Source of the DNA: Limisphaerales bacterium
Lineage (GTDB): Bacteria > Verrucomicrobiota > Verrucomicrobiia > Limisphaerales > UBA11358
Assembly: GCA_052140285.1 (NCBI GenBank)
Contig: JBKQUF010000168.1
Span: 1-62,106 of the forward strand
Direction of reading: 5' to 3'
Length of the DNA stretch: 62,106 nt
Shown: piece after piece, positions 17,432-26,681 of the stretch
Layout of the letters: each line of letters begins with the position of its first letter
Numbering within the stretch: the first letter of the stretch is position 1
Notes under the pieces: generated by a model
What the model saw: the letters and a program-made list of their open reading frames with translations, nothing else
Database searches by the model: none
What the model was told of the DNA's origin: nothing
Program-made: the position numbers and the translations under genes

Positions 17432-18385
17432 TTATGCCGGGACTTTCAATTTTTTCACAATTTCCCCAACCACGCCGCGCGCGGTGGTTCCGGAAAAGCG
17501 CGCCTGGGGTTCCAGCACCAGCCGATGAGCGATGACCGGCACGGCCAGCGACTGGATTTGCTCCGGCGCAACGAAATTGAACCCGTCAAACAGCGCGGCC
17601 GCCTGGGCGACTTTCATGAGCGCGATTGAAGCGCGGGCGCTGGCGCCCAATTGAACGCCGGGCGCCTTGCGGGTGGCGGCGACAATCTCCACCGCGTAAT
17701 GCTTCAGTTCATTGCTGATGAGGACGTCCTCCGCCGCGCGTTTGAGAGCCACGACATCGTCGAGTGTCGCGCAGGGTTGCAGCAGTTCCAGGGGGTGGTT
17801 GTGCTGCTGCTGCGTGAGGATGGCGACTTCCTCATCCGGCGGCACATAGCCGAGGGTAAATTGGAGCGCAAAACGGTCCATCTGCGCCTCGGGCAGCGGA
17901 TAGGTCCCGCGAAATTCGACCGGGTTCTGGGTGGCAATGACGAAGAACATTTTCGAAAGATCACGATGCTCGCCTTCGACACTCACCTGGCTTTCCCCCA
18001 TTGCTTCGAGCAGGGCCGACTGCGCGCGCGGCGAGGCCCGGTTGATTTCATCCGCCAGCAAAATGTCCGTGAAGATCGGCCCCTCATGGAAATGAAACTG
18101 CTGGTCGCGCTGGTTGAAGATCGACACGCCCAGAATGTCCGAGGGCAACAGGTCGGGCGTGAACTGGATGCGTTTGAAGCGGGCGTCGATGGATCGGGCC
18201 AGGGCCTTGGCGAGGGTGGTCTTGCCCGTGCCGGGAAAATCCTCGAGGAGGACATGTCCGCCGGCGGCGAGGGCGGCCAGGAGGTTGCGCGTCGAGGCCG
18301 CCTGGCCGCGCATGATCCGGGAAATGTTCGCCGCGATCTTGCGGTAGGTTTCGCGCGCGGCGTCAAAGTTGGTCATTACAGTCAT
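17432..18385 (-). CDS. MoxR-family AAA+ ATPase
   Basis: Walker A GHVLLEDFPGTGKTTLAKALARSI. Walker B ILLADEINRASPRAQSALLEAM. The start was set at ATG 18385 (MTVMTNF); the ORF is open to 18442. Confidence 0.9.
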   Translation of the reverse strand: MTVMTNFDAARETYRKIAANISRIMRGQAASTRNLLAALAAGGHVLLEDFPGTGKTTLAKALARSIDARFKRIQFTPDLLPSDILGVSIFNQRDQQFHFHEGPIFTDILLADEINRASPRAQSALLEAMGESQVSVEGEHRDLSKMFFVIATQNPVEFRGTYPLPEAQMDRFALQFTLGYVPPDEEVAILTQQQHNHPLELLQPCATLDDVVALKRAAEDVLISNELKHYAVEIVAATRKAPGVQLGASARASIALMKVAQAAALFDGFNFVAPEQIQSLAVPVIAHRLVLEPQARFSGTTARGVVGEIVKKLKVPA

Positions 18386-18478
18386 TAAACAATCGTGGCG
18401 AAAAAAGTTTCGCTTTTGATTGCGGCCCAATCTATCAAACAATTCGTTAAAATCAAACCTTGCGGTTCCTGGAAGGAT

Positions 18479-19423
18479 TCAAGATTTCCCAATTATTATG
18501 CCCGCCAGAAAGACCAGCGCGCCTCCGAGCAATACCTGCAATAGCGCCGATACCAGCGGCGTGTCCATGAACTTGTGTCGGATCCAGGAAATGACGCTCA
18601 GTTCCACAATGACCACGCCCACGGCGATGGAAGTGGCGGTGGTCACGCTGGGGATGAGATAGGGCAGGGTGTGGCCGAGGCCACCCAGGCCGGTCATGCC
18701 GCCGCAGACAAATCCCCGCGCCCAGGGATGCCCGCGGCCGGTGAGGCTCCCGTCGTCCGAAAGCGCTTCGGCGAATCCCATGCTGATCCCCGCGCCCACG
18801 CTCGCGGCGATGCCCACCAGAAAAGTCTCTCCGCTGCTGTGGGTGGCAAAGGCGGCCGCAAACAGCGGCGCTAGCGTGGAAACCGAGCCGTCCATCAGTC
18901 CGGCCAATCCGGGTTGAATCACTTGCAGCAGAAAAAGCCGGTTGGCGCGGGATTTTTCATCCTCGCTCAATTTGGTTTTGGCGATCTCTTCGGCCGTGTG
19001 CGCGTGGCCGCGTTCTTCTTCCGTCAAGTCGCCCAGCAACTGCCGAATGCCGGCGTCGGTCGTGCGGCGCGCCGCGGCTTCATAGAACCGGCACGTCTCC
19101 ACTTCCATGGTCTCGGCGGTTTTTTGGACGATTTTCAGTCCCAATGGACGGACCAGCCAGACCGGCCGGCGGTTCACAAAGCCCCGGACATCCTGCCGGC
19201 GGATGAGCGGCACGTGGTCCCCGAACCGCGCCTTGTACAACTCCAGCAAACGGTGGCGGTGCCGGTCTTCGTCGTGGCGCATCTTGCGGAATTTGTCCGC
19301 CTGATGGGGATAATTGGAATCAAGGCCGGCGGCAAAATCCTCGTAAACGCGCGCGTCCTCCTCTTCCAGCGAGATGGCCAGGGCGAGAATTTCCTGTTCC
19401 GTGAGGCTGTCGAATGTTTTCAT
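18479..19423 (-). CDS. erythrin-VIT1 fusion (ferritin-like domain + VIT1/CCC1 iron/manganese transporter)
   Basis: The N-terminal half has paired ExxH-type motifs (EEEDARVYE, DEDRHRH, EVETCRFYE, EEERGHAH). The C-terminal half is VIT1-like TMs (GLMDGSVSTLAPLFAAAFA...). ATGA overlap with cls. Confidence 0.8.
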   Translation of the reverse strand: MKTFDSLTEQEILALAISLEEEDARVYEDFAAGLDSNYPHQADKFRKMRHDEDRHRHRLLELYKARFGDHVPLIRRQDVRGFVNRRPVWLVRPLGLKIVQKTAETMEVETCRFYEAAARRTTDAGIRQLLGDLTEEERGHAHTAEEIAKTKLSEDEKSRANRLFLLQVIQPGLAGLMDGSVSTLAPLFAAAFATHSSGETFLVGIAASVGAGISMGFAEALSDDGSLTGRGHPWARGFVCGGMTGLGGLGHTLPYLIPSVTTATSIAVGVVIVELSVISWIRHKFMDTPLVSALLQVLLGGALVFLAGIIIGKS

Positions 19424-20856
19424 AAATAGGGTGAGAATAAGCGCGCAACGGCGTCGCGCAACCTGGCCGGCAGGGGACGGCCGTCGGCTTCCGACAGGGT
19501 GATCTCCCGGGCGGAAGCGATCTTTTTCTGGATGAATTTTTCCATCATCCCCGCGAATTCATGGCCGTAGCATTCCACGTTCAGCTCAAAATTCAATCGC
19601 AAGCTTCGCGTGTCCCAGTTGGCCGAGCCGAGAAAAACCCAATGGCCATCGACAATCATCAGCTTGGAGTGGTCGAACGGGGGTGGGGTGAGCCAGAGGT
19701 GGCAACCGCGCTCGAGCACCTGCCACCACATCGCCCGCGAAGCCCAATGAACGAAAGGCAGGTTGTTCTTGCCCGGCAAAATAATGTCCACGCGCACCCC
19801 GCGCAAGGCCGCCAGTTTCAAGGCGCTGACGAGGGTCAAGTCGGGTAAAAAATACGGAGTGAGAATCTGGACGGATGATTGGGCGTCCGCCAGGGCCGCC
19901 AACAGGGTGAGGCGCAGCTTCTCAAAGTCAGCGTCCGGACCGTCGGTGATCGCGCGGGCGATGACCTCGCCGGTTTCGGCCAGCGCCGGAAACCATTTTT
20001 CGTCTTTGAGAATTTCCCCGGCGCAAAAGTACCAATCGCTCGCAAAGGCCTCCTGCAACTGCTCCACGACCGGGCCGGTCAGCAAAAAGTGGAGGTCCTG
20101 GGTGGGGCGTTTTGGCTTTTCCGCCAGCACATTTCCCTGGCGGATGTTGATGCCGCCGGTGAAGGCGGTTTTCCCGTCAATGATGAGCAGTTTGCGGTGG
20201 TTGCGCAGGTTGATGGTGGCCGCGCGCCAGGGGGTGAGCAAAGTGGCGGGCAGGAACCGCGCGTGGGGAATCTTCGCGTGGCGCAATTTCGATGTGATCG
20301 GCGGCCACGAATAGCGGGCGCCGGCGGCGTCAATCAGGAGACGCACTTCGATGCCGCGCTGGACGGCCCGCGCGAGGGCCGCGAGAAATTTTTGGCCGGC
20401 CTCATCGTTGTCGAAAATGTAGGTGCAAAATGAAACGGATTCCTTCGCCGAGTCAATGGCTTCGAGCATGGCGGGAAAAGTTTCATCTCCGTTGACGAGG
20501 GGACGGATGCTGTTTCCGGTGGTGAGGGGACGTTTGGCGATGCGTTGCACGGTCGAGGCGAGCGTTTTGAGATGGTCGGCCTGGAGTTGGGGCAGGTCCT
20601 GGATTTCAACTTCGGTGTTCAACGGCCTCATCACGCCCAGCGAGACGGCGCGGCGGCGGATGCGGTTGAAGCCCAGAGTCAGATATAGCAGCGAACCGAA
20701 CAATGGGAGGAACCAGATGAGGCCGAGCCAGAGCGTCGCGGCGCGGGAATCGCGTTTGTGGAGCAGGGCGTGGACCGAGGCGAACAGGGCGGCGAGAAAA
20801 TCGAAACCGGCGGCGAGGTGCGGCCAGAATCGCGAGATTTTTTCAAGCCAATCCAT
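19420..20856 (-). CDS. cls: cardiolipin synthase
   Basis: Two N-terminal TMs and two HKD motifs (HRKLLIIDGKTAFTGGINI and HSKLMIVDGHWVFLGSANWD). Confidence 0.9.
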   Translation of the reverse strand: MDWLEKISRFWPHLAAGFDFLAALFASVHALLHKRDSRAATLWLGLIWFLPLFGSLLYLTLGFNRIRRRAVSLGVMRPLNTEVEIQDLPQLQADHLKTLASTVQRIAKRPLTTGNSIRPLVNGDETFPAMLEAIDSAKESVSFCTYIFDNDEAGQKFLAALARAVQRGIEVRLLIDAAGARYSWPPITSKLRHAKIPHARFLPATLLTPWRAATINLRNHRKLLIIDGKTAFTGGINIRQGNVLAEKPKRPTQDLHFLLTGPVVEQLQEAFASDWYFCAGEILKDEKWFPALAETGEVIARAITDGPDADFEKLRLTLLAALADAQSSVQILTPYFLPDLTLVSALKLAALRGVRVDIILPGKNNLPFVHWASRAMWWQVLERGCHLWLTPPPFDHSKLMIVDGHWVFLGSANWDTRSLRLNFELNVECYGHEFAGMMEKFIQKKIASAREITLSEADGRPLPARLRDAVARLFSPYL

Positions 20857-20922
20857 GGGCGACCAGTTTCAACAGAAAGGGAGTCACGCGCAAGCGCGGG
20901 GAATGCCCGGCAATGTCCCGAT

Positions 20923-21012
20923 CTAACCCCCCCGTAAATAAAAGTTAGAGTGCGCCTGACCCTGATAAACCCACGCGAAATCCACGGAGGCATCCACAAC
21001 GAAACTGGCCGC
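20923..21012 (-). pseudogene. truncated PIN-domain (VapC-type) toxin remnant
   Basis: Directly after the antitoxin TGA the minus strand reads AASFVVDASVDFAWVYQGQAHSNFYLRGG*. VVDASV is the hallmark PIN N-terminus. Only ~29 codons remain before a stop, and the cls start lies 66 nt further on. Confidence 0.45.
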
Positions 21013-21276
21013 TCAACGCCGTCCCTCCCTGATCCAGGATTTGACTTCCGAAGCGGTGAGTTTGGATTTCCCCTGGTTGCGACCGGAAATTTTCCCGCGC
21101 AATTTAAACAGGCCCGCCACCGCTGCCCGGACGGATTTCAGATTGCGCCCGTCTTCCGGCACCAGCCGCGCCACTGGTTTGTCGTGGCGGGTGATGACGA
21201 CTTCCTCGCCTTGGGCAACCTGTTCAAGGAGTTGACCAAACCGGGTCTTGGCTTCCAAGGCGGTGACACTTTCCAT
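21013..21276 (-). CDS. type II antitoxin, Phd/YefM family
   Basis: N-terminus MESVTALEAKTRFGQLLEQVAQGEEVVITRHDKPVARLVP is the classic Phd/YefM fold signature. 87 aa. Confidence 0.8.
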   Translation of the reverse strand: MESVTALEAKTRFGQLLEQVAQGEEVVITRHDKPVARLVPEDGRNLKSVRAAVAGLFKLRGKISGRNQGKSKLTASEVKSWIREGRR

Positions 21277-21396
21277 AAATTTTGCCTTCGTTAAATTAAC
21301 CAGCTACCAGCTATTTTAGCGCATCTTCCGCCAAATTCATTTCGAGGCATTGGTTCGGGCAAATCGCGACAATGAAATTCCACCCCCAGGGAAGTT

Positions 21397-21471
21397 TGGC
21401 GACCCTACCGGGAATCGAACCCGGGCTACCACCGTGAAAGGGTGGTGTCCTAACCGCTAGACCATAGGGTC
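21397..21471 (-). tRNA. tRNA-Glu (anticodon UUC), CCA encoded
   Basis: The reverse complement is gaccctatggtctagcggttaggacaccaccctttcacggtggtagcccgggttcgattcccggtagggtcgcca. Acceptor stem gacccta/tagggtc. Anticodon stem ccacc/ggtgg with loop cTTTCAc. T-arm ccggg-ttcgatt-cccgg. Confidence 0.9.
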
Positions 21472-21579
21472 GTCGAAAGCCAGCAAATATATTCACTAAA
21501 AGGCGGGTGTCACGCAAATTATGGCTTGCACCGAAAAAATGTTACAGCAATGTTACTGGAATAAATCCAAAAATAAGCC

Positions 21580-22413
21580 ATGTTTAGGCCACGCAGCCGA
21601 CCACGGCGCAAAACCACACAGCCGACCACGGCGCAAACAATGCCGGAACATAACGGAGACATGATGACCGACCTGCACGTTGGAGAAGGAGCAAACGGCA
21701 AAACCTCCACGCATTATTTGAATGGAAATGGCCACAGCAATGGTGCGAACCACCACCTTGCGGACGATGTTGTCATTCGGCCCTATCAACCGGCGGACCG
21801 CTCCGCCATCCGCCGGATTTGTTGCGACACCGGTTTCCTCGGCAATCCCATCGAAACCATCTTCAGCGACCGCGAGATTTTTGCGGACCTTTTCACCGGA
21901 CCGTATTTGAATTACGAATCGAAATACGCCTGGGTGGCCGATGCCAACGGGCGCGTCGTGGGTTACCTGTTGGGCTCCGTCTCGCCAACATTTGATTACA
22001 CGCTCCTGTACTCCGGCTTCCAAACGACGATGAAAATGATCGCCCGGGCGGCCACGGGCCGTTATGCAACGCATCCCCGCACAAAAAATTTCATCCGCTG
22101 GCTGTTGACCAGCGGTTATCGCGAGCAGCCGCGGCATCCCGATCGGGCGGCGCATCTGCATCTGGATATTGAAAAGAAATACCGCGGCCACGGGCTGGCC
22201 TGCCGGATGTGGCGGATCTATGAAAAACAGTTGGAACAGTCGGGCGTCGAATACTGTTATGGCGCGTTCTTCTCGTGGCAGAATCGGCGTCCCGAGAACG
22301 GATACTCGCGTTTCGGTTTTTCGGTTTTTGACCGGAAATTGACCACGATTTTCCAGCCGGAAATTTCCGAGCCGGTCGAAGTTGTTTGCGTGCAGAAGAA
22401 ACTCCGGGAATGA
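21580..22413 (+). CDS. GNAT-family N-acetyltransferase
   Basis: IRPYQPADRSAIRRI...GRVVGYLLG...HLHLDIEKKYRGHGLACRMW...GFSVFD fits the GNAT core. The N-terminal ~60 residues are low-complexity and the start is uncertain (alternative Met at 21640). Confidence 0.7.
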   Translation: MFRPRSRPRRKTTQPTTAQTMPEHNGDMMTDLHVGEGANGKTSTHYLNGNGHSNGANHHLADDVVIRPYQPADRSAIRRICCDTGFLGNPIETIFSDREIFADLFTGPYLNYESKYAWVADANGRVVGYLLGSVSPTFDYTLLYSGFQTTMKMIARAATGRYATHPRTKNFIRWLLTSGYREQPRHPDRAAHLHLDIEKKYRGHGLACRMWRIYEKQLEQSGVEYCYGAFFSWQNRRPENGYSRFGFSVFDRKLTTIFQPEISEPVEVVCVQKKLRE

Positions 22414-23279
22414 AAAAGGTGATTTTCACGCTCACGGCGGCGCGATCGGGCACCCTTTATCTGCGTAATCTTTTTCAACTCAACGCCCGCGATTGCATTT
22501 GCCGTCACGAAACTTTTTTTGATTTTGGGAATCCCACGATGTTCGGCCCGGCGATTTACGATGCCTATGCCGGACGCATCGAAAAAATCCGCGCGCGCCT
22601 GGAAAAAAAACGGAATTACATCGAGAAACGGCCGGGCGCGGTTTATTTGGAATCCAGCCACGCGTTTTTGAAGTCGGCGCATCTCGGGGCGCTGGAGGTT
22701 TTCCCCGAGTTGCGGCTGGTCCATCTCATACGCGATCCCATCAAGGTCGCCGCCAGTGAAGCTTACCGGGAAATGTGGCGACGGCGGGTCCGCGCGCCCT
22801 TTCATTTTTACAAGGGTGACGATGGCAAGCGTCATTTCGCCTGGGCGCTGACCGGTAATGAGGAGATTTTCAAGCCTTTCTCCGGCGCGGAATTTTCATT
22901 GTTCCAATGGTACCTGGTGCAATGGATTGAGATTGAGAACCGGGCGATGAATTTCCTCCTGGAAAATGCCCTGGAGGACCGTTGCTTTACTTTGAATTGC
23001 CCGCGGGAATTAAACGACGCGGGAAAAATCCGCGAAATGTTTGATTTCTTCGGAGTCGGCATGAAGGGAACGGAAATTGTTTTTGGCGGACGCAAAAACA
23101 AGAGCATTGGCTATTCGGCCGCGCTGGCGGAACAATATGAGAACGAGTCTGAAACTGTGTTGCGCCAAATGCCGAACCGTTACCTGCAGATTTTCCGACA
23201 CGAGCCTTATGCGGCCTGCGGTTGGAACGGACGTTTTATCCGGCGCCTGGAGCGGGAAATGGCGGTTGTCCAGTCTTAG
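22410..23279 (+). CDS. sulfotransferase-family protein
   Basis: ATG 22410 overlaps the GNAT stop (ATGA). The N-terminus VIFTLTAARSGTLYL resembles a PAPS 5'-phosphosulfate loop, and HLIRDPIKVAAS resembles the 3'-phosphate motif. Confidence 0.6.
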   Translation: MKKVIFTLTAARSGTLYLRNLFQLNARDCICRHETFFDFGNPTMFGPAIYDAYAGRIEKIRARLEKKRNYIEKRPGAVYLESSHAFLKSAHLGALEVFPELRLVHLIRDPIKVAASEAYREMWRRRVRAPFHFYKGDDGKRHFAWALTGNEEIFKPFSGAEFSLFQWYLVQWIEIENRAMNFLLENALEDRCFTLNCPRELNDAGKIREMFDFFGVGMKGTEIVFGGRKNKSIGYSAALAEQYENESETVLRQMPNRYLQIFRHEPYAACGWNGRFIRRLEREMAVVQS

Positions 23280-23346
23280 GGGACGAGTCCCGGCCAGGGA
23301 AATTATTTTGCGTCCGCCTCCCCTTTGGCCTACGCTGTGTCGATTC

Positions 23347-24213
23347 ATGAAAGTTTTCATTGATGGCAAGTTCTGCAGCGAGCGCGATGCGAAGATTTCC
23401 GTGTTTGACCATGGTCTGCTTTATGGCGACGGCGTGTTTGAAGGAATCCGCGCGTATAACGGTCGCGTGTTCAAACTCAAGGAGCACGTGGAGCGGCTCT
23501 TCTATTCGGCCAAGGCCATCCTACTGCAAATTCCGATGTCCCCGGAGAAAATTGCCGAAGCGGTCCTCGAATCGTGCCGCGTGAACAAACTTCGCGACGC
23601 TTATATCCGTCTCGTGGTCACTCGCGGCGTGGGAAACCTGGGACTCAATCCGCGCAACTGCCAAAAACCGTCGGTGATTGTGATTGCCGGCAAAATCCAG
23701 GTTTATCCGGCGGAATTATACTCGCGAGGAATGGAAATTGTGACCGTGCCCACGGTGCGCAACCTCCACAGCGCCGTGAACCCGGCCGTGAAGTCCTTGA
23801 ATTATTTGAACAACATTCTCGCCAAGATTGAGGCCAACAACGCCGGTGTAGAGGAAGCGGTGATGTTGAACGCCGAAGGATTTGTTTCGGAATGCACGGC
23901 GGACAATTTGTTTATTGTCAAAAAGGGCGGATTGTTCACGCCGCCGCTGTCAGCGGGCGCGCTTTATGGCATTACCCGGCAGACGGTGATTGAATTGGCG
24001 ATCGAGGCCGGTTTAAAAGTTTCCGAACCGAACCTGACGCGGTATGATTTGTTTAATGCGGATGAGTGTTTTCTCACGGGCACCGGGGCGGAAATCATGC
24101 CGGTCATCAAGATTGACGGGCGAGTCATCGGTGGCGGCAAACCTGGAAATATCACGCAAAAACTCGTGGCGGATTATCATTCCTTGACGATAGTGTCCGG
24201 CAAGCCGATATAA
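23347..24213 (+). CDS. ilvE: branched-chain amino acid aminotransferase (fold type IV)
   Basis: MKVFIDGKFCSERDAKISVFDHGLLYGDGVFEGIRAYNGRVFKLKEHVERL... plus ...FVSECTADNLFIVK...GITR is the typical class IV aminotransferase pattern. 288 aa from ATG 23347. Confidence 0.85.
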   Translation: MKVFIDGKFCSERDAKISVFDHGLLYGDGVFEGIRAYNGRVFKLKEHVERLFYSAKAILLQIPMSPEKIAEAVLESCRVNKLRDAYIRLVVTRGVGNLGLNPRNCQKPSVIVIAGKIQVYPAELYSRGMEIVTVPTVRNLHSAVNPAVKSLNYLNNILAKIEANNAGVEEAVMLNAEGFVSECTADNLFIVKKGGLFTPPLSAGALYGITRQTVIELAIEAGLKVSEPNLTRYDLFNADECFLTGTGAEIMPVIKIDGRVIGGGKPGNITQKLVADYHSLTIVSGKPI

Positions 24214-24251
24214 AAGAAATGGAATTTCCTTGTGGCTAAGGAATTTTAAAC

Positions 24252-24506
24252 ATGAGTGCCATTGAAAAAATCAAGGCGGCCGCAGCCGAACTCGATCCGG
24301 ATGCCCAGATGGAGTTTTTCCGCTGGTGGATTGAGTCGGACAAATTCAAAGCGCGACAACTGGCGGCACTGAAGCGTGATTTGGCCGTCGGAATTGAGCA
24401 GTTGGAAGGCGGTCACGATCAAACCTATAACGATTCGACGGTGATGCAATTGGCCGAGGATATTGGCCGTTCCGGACGCGAACATCTTAAAAAGCGGGGC
24501 ACATGA
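24252..24506 (+). CDS. type II antitoxin, ParD-like
   Basis: 84 aa. The C-terminal part LKRDLAVGIEQLEGGHDQTYNDSTVMQLAEDIGRSGREHL matches the ParD4-type pattern. ATGA overlap with the downstream parE-like frame. Confidence 0.7.
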   Translation: MSAIEKIKAAAAELDPDAQMEFFRWWIESDKFKARQLAALKRDLAVGIEQLEGGHDQTYNDSTVMQLAEDIGRSGREHLKKRGT

Positions 24507-24791
24507 AACAATTTTGTCTTTCCGACGCGGCCCGCTCGGATTTGGACGAAATCTGGCTTTACATCGCGCAGGACGGCAAGTGCTGCTGATAAATTCATCG
24601 GGGTCATCGTTTCCCGGTTTTCAAAATTGGCGGTCATGCCATTGATGGGGAGGCAACGCGAGGAGTTGTCTCCGCGGTTGCGGAGTTTTCCTGTTAGTCG
24701 CTATGTTATTTTTTATCGTCCGATGGAAAATGGAGTTGAAATTGTTCGTGCGTTGCATGGCGCCCGGGACCTTCCGTCGTTGATTGGTTAA
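24503..24791 (+). pseudogene. ParE/RelE-superfamily toxin, frameshifted
   Basis: Frame 1 reads MKQFCLSDAARSDLDEIWLYIAQDGKCC* with a stop at 24587. The +1 frame from 24579 continues SAADKFIGVIVSRFSKLAVMPLMGRQREELSPRLRSFPVSRYVIFYRPMENGVEIVRALHGARDLPSLIG* to 24791. Joined, these make a full-length ParE. Confidence 0.7.
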
Positions 24792-24886
24792 TGGGATTTA
24801 GTTCGCATTTTCCCGCTTCACACTGTAAAATTCATTTGTCTGACAATACGATAGAGTCATTCAACTCTTTAATTTAACGAAACAAA

Positions 24887-25402
24887 ATGCAGTGTTCCAT
24901 TTGCAAAGAAAAACCGGCGACAGTCCACCTGACCCAGATTGTAGGCGACAAAATGCAGAAACTGGATTTATGTGAGGACTGCGCCAAGGCTAAAGGCGTC
25001 AATGACCCGGCGGGCTTTGCCCTCGCCGACTTGATGTTGGGCCTCGGGGCCTCGCAGGAAATCGAGCAGGCGGCGGGCGGCGTGGAATTAAAATGCCCGC
25101 GTTGCGGTTTTACCCAGGCGGATTTCAAGAAATCCGGACGGCTCGGCTGTCCCGATTGTTACAAGACGTTTGCCGATGGCCTGGCCGGTTTGCTGAAGAC
25201 GATGCACAAGGGCACCCGGCACGTGGGCAAGACCCCGGAGGCTTTGCGCGCTACCCGCGATAATGCCGATAGATTGAAGACCTTGCAGAAAAAACTGATG
25301 AAGGCCATCGAATCGGAGCACTTTGAAGACGCCGCGCACTTGCGGGACGAAATCAACCAGATCACCGAACGTTCGCCCACCCCAAAGAACCTGACCCGAT
25401 GA
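24887..25402 (+). CDS. mcsA: McsA-like protein-arginine kinase activator (Zn fingers + UVR motif)
   Basis: Paired CxxC motifs (CSIC, CEDC, CPRC, CPDC). UVR-like HFEDAAHLRDEINQI. ATGA-type overlap with mcsB at 25399-25402. Confidence 0.8.
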   Translation: MQCSICKEKPATVHLTQIVGDKMQKLDLCEDCAKAKGVNDPAGFALADLMLGLGASQEIEQAAGGVELKCPRCGFTQADFKKSGRLGCPDCYKTFADGLAGLLKTMHKGTRHVGKTPEALRATRDNADRLKTLQKKLMKAIESEHFEDAAHLRDEINQITERSPTPKNLTR

Positions 25403-26496
25403 AAGACCTGCACACTTTTCTTTCGTCCCCCGCCGAAACCGCGCGACGCCATGGCCCCCATGACCGCATCGTCATGTCCAGCCGCGTGCGGCTCGCCCGA
25501 AACCTGAGGGATGCCGCTTTTCCGGGCTGGGCCAAAAAACCCGAGCGCGTGAAAATCCTGGAAACGGTGCGGCCGGCGGTGGAGAGTCTGCCGGAAATGA
25601 AGGATTCATTTTCCGAGGCGATGGATAATCTGGGCGCCTTGGACAAACAAATTTTGGTGGAGCGGCATCTGATCAGCCGCGAACATGCGGCCAAGAGCGC
25701 GGGCAGCGGCCTGGTGTTGAACCGCGACGAAACCTTTTCGGTGATGATCAATGAGGAAGATCATCTGCGGATGCAGGCGTTGCGCCCGGGGTTGCAATTG
25801 AAACAAGCCTGGGCCGCCATCGATGAGTTCGATTCCGAATTGGAAAAGAAGCTGGATTATGCCTTTGACAGCGACCTGGGTTATTTGACCGCCTGCCCGA
25901 CGAACCTTGGCACCGGCATTCGGGTCAGCGCCATGTTGCATCTGCCGGGATTGGTGTTGGCGGAACAAATCAATCCCATCATCCAATCGGTCAACCGGCT
26001 GGGGCTGGCGGTGCGGGGACTTTACGGCGAAGGCACCGAAGCGCTTGGAAATGTGTTTCAGGTCTCCAACCAGATGACCCTCGGCGAAAATGAGCCGATG
26101 ATTGTCGAACGTTTGGAGAAAGTGCTCCTTCAAATCATCGAGCATGAGGAAAATGCCCGCCAGGCGTTGATCGAGAAAAAACCGAAGACGGTTTACAACC
26201 ATATCGGCCGCGCCTATGGAATCCTGGCCAATGCCCACAGCATCACCTCCAAGGAAGCCATGAACCTGCTATCCCTCCTCCGGTTGGGCCTGGACTTGGG
26301 ACTCTTCCCGGGAGTGGATCGCGCCTTGGTGGACGAGTTGTTTCTCACCACCCAGCCCGCCCATTTGCAGCGGCAATATTCCGATAAATTGACCGCCGAA
26401 GAGCGCGATCTTATCCGTGCCGACATGATTCGTGAGCGGCTCAAGAATGTGAGCCGGCCGATAGTCAAACCGGCGCCGCCCGCTTCGGCGAATTGA
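25399..26496 (+). CDS. mcsB: protein arginine kinase (ATP:guanido phosphotransferase)
   Basis: Guanido-kinase active-site block YLTACPTNLGTGIRVSAMLHLPGL, plus INEEDHLRMQ and RGLYGEGTEALGNVFQVSNQ. Confidence 0.9.
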   Translation: MKDLHTFLSSPAETARRHGPHDRIVMSSRVRLARNLRDAAFPGWAKKPERVKILETVRPAVESLPEMKDSFSEAMDNLGALDKQILVERHLISREHAAKSAGSGLVLNRDETFSVMINEEDHLRMQALRPGLQLKQAWAAIDEFDSELEKKLDYAFDSDLGYLTACPTNLGTGIRVSAMLHLPGLVLAEQINPIIQSVNRLGLAVRGLYGEGTEALGNVFQVSNQMTLGENEPMIVERLEKVLLQIIEHEENARQALIEKKPKTVYNHIGRAYGILANAHSITSKEAMNLLSLLRLGLDLGLFPGVDRALVDELFLTTQPAHLQRQYSDKLTAEERDLIRADMIRERLKNVSRPIVKPAPPASAN

Positions 26497-26681
26497 GTCC
26501 GGCCTCTCCGCGGGTCAATTTGCTTAAGTCGGTCCTGTTTTTGCCGATGGTCCGATTGTCCGGGTAACGGACCGGTGCGGATTAAAAAACATAGAAAATC
26601 GTTTTTCTTTGAATAATTTTCCGAAACCATTCAAACTCCGTTGGACAAATCGGAGAAGTCGTTGCATTATATTTCACAGGT

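Noticed and set aside
21277-21396. Possible integration scar (direct repeat of the tRNA-Glu 3' end) or integrase linked to the TA remnant.
   Set aside because: No second copy of the tRNA 3' segment (ccgggaatcgaacc) was seen in the window. The only tyrosine recombinase (43999) is 22 kb away and looks like housekeeping XerC/D.
24792-24886. CtsR box (GGTCAAA direct repeat) or CIRCE element upstream of mcsA; also checked in 26497-26681 upstream of clpC.
   Set aside because: Neither motif was found by eye; only short 4-5-bp hairpins are present.
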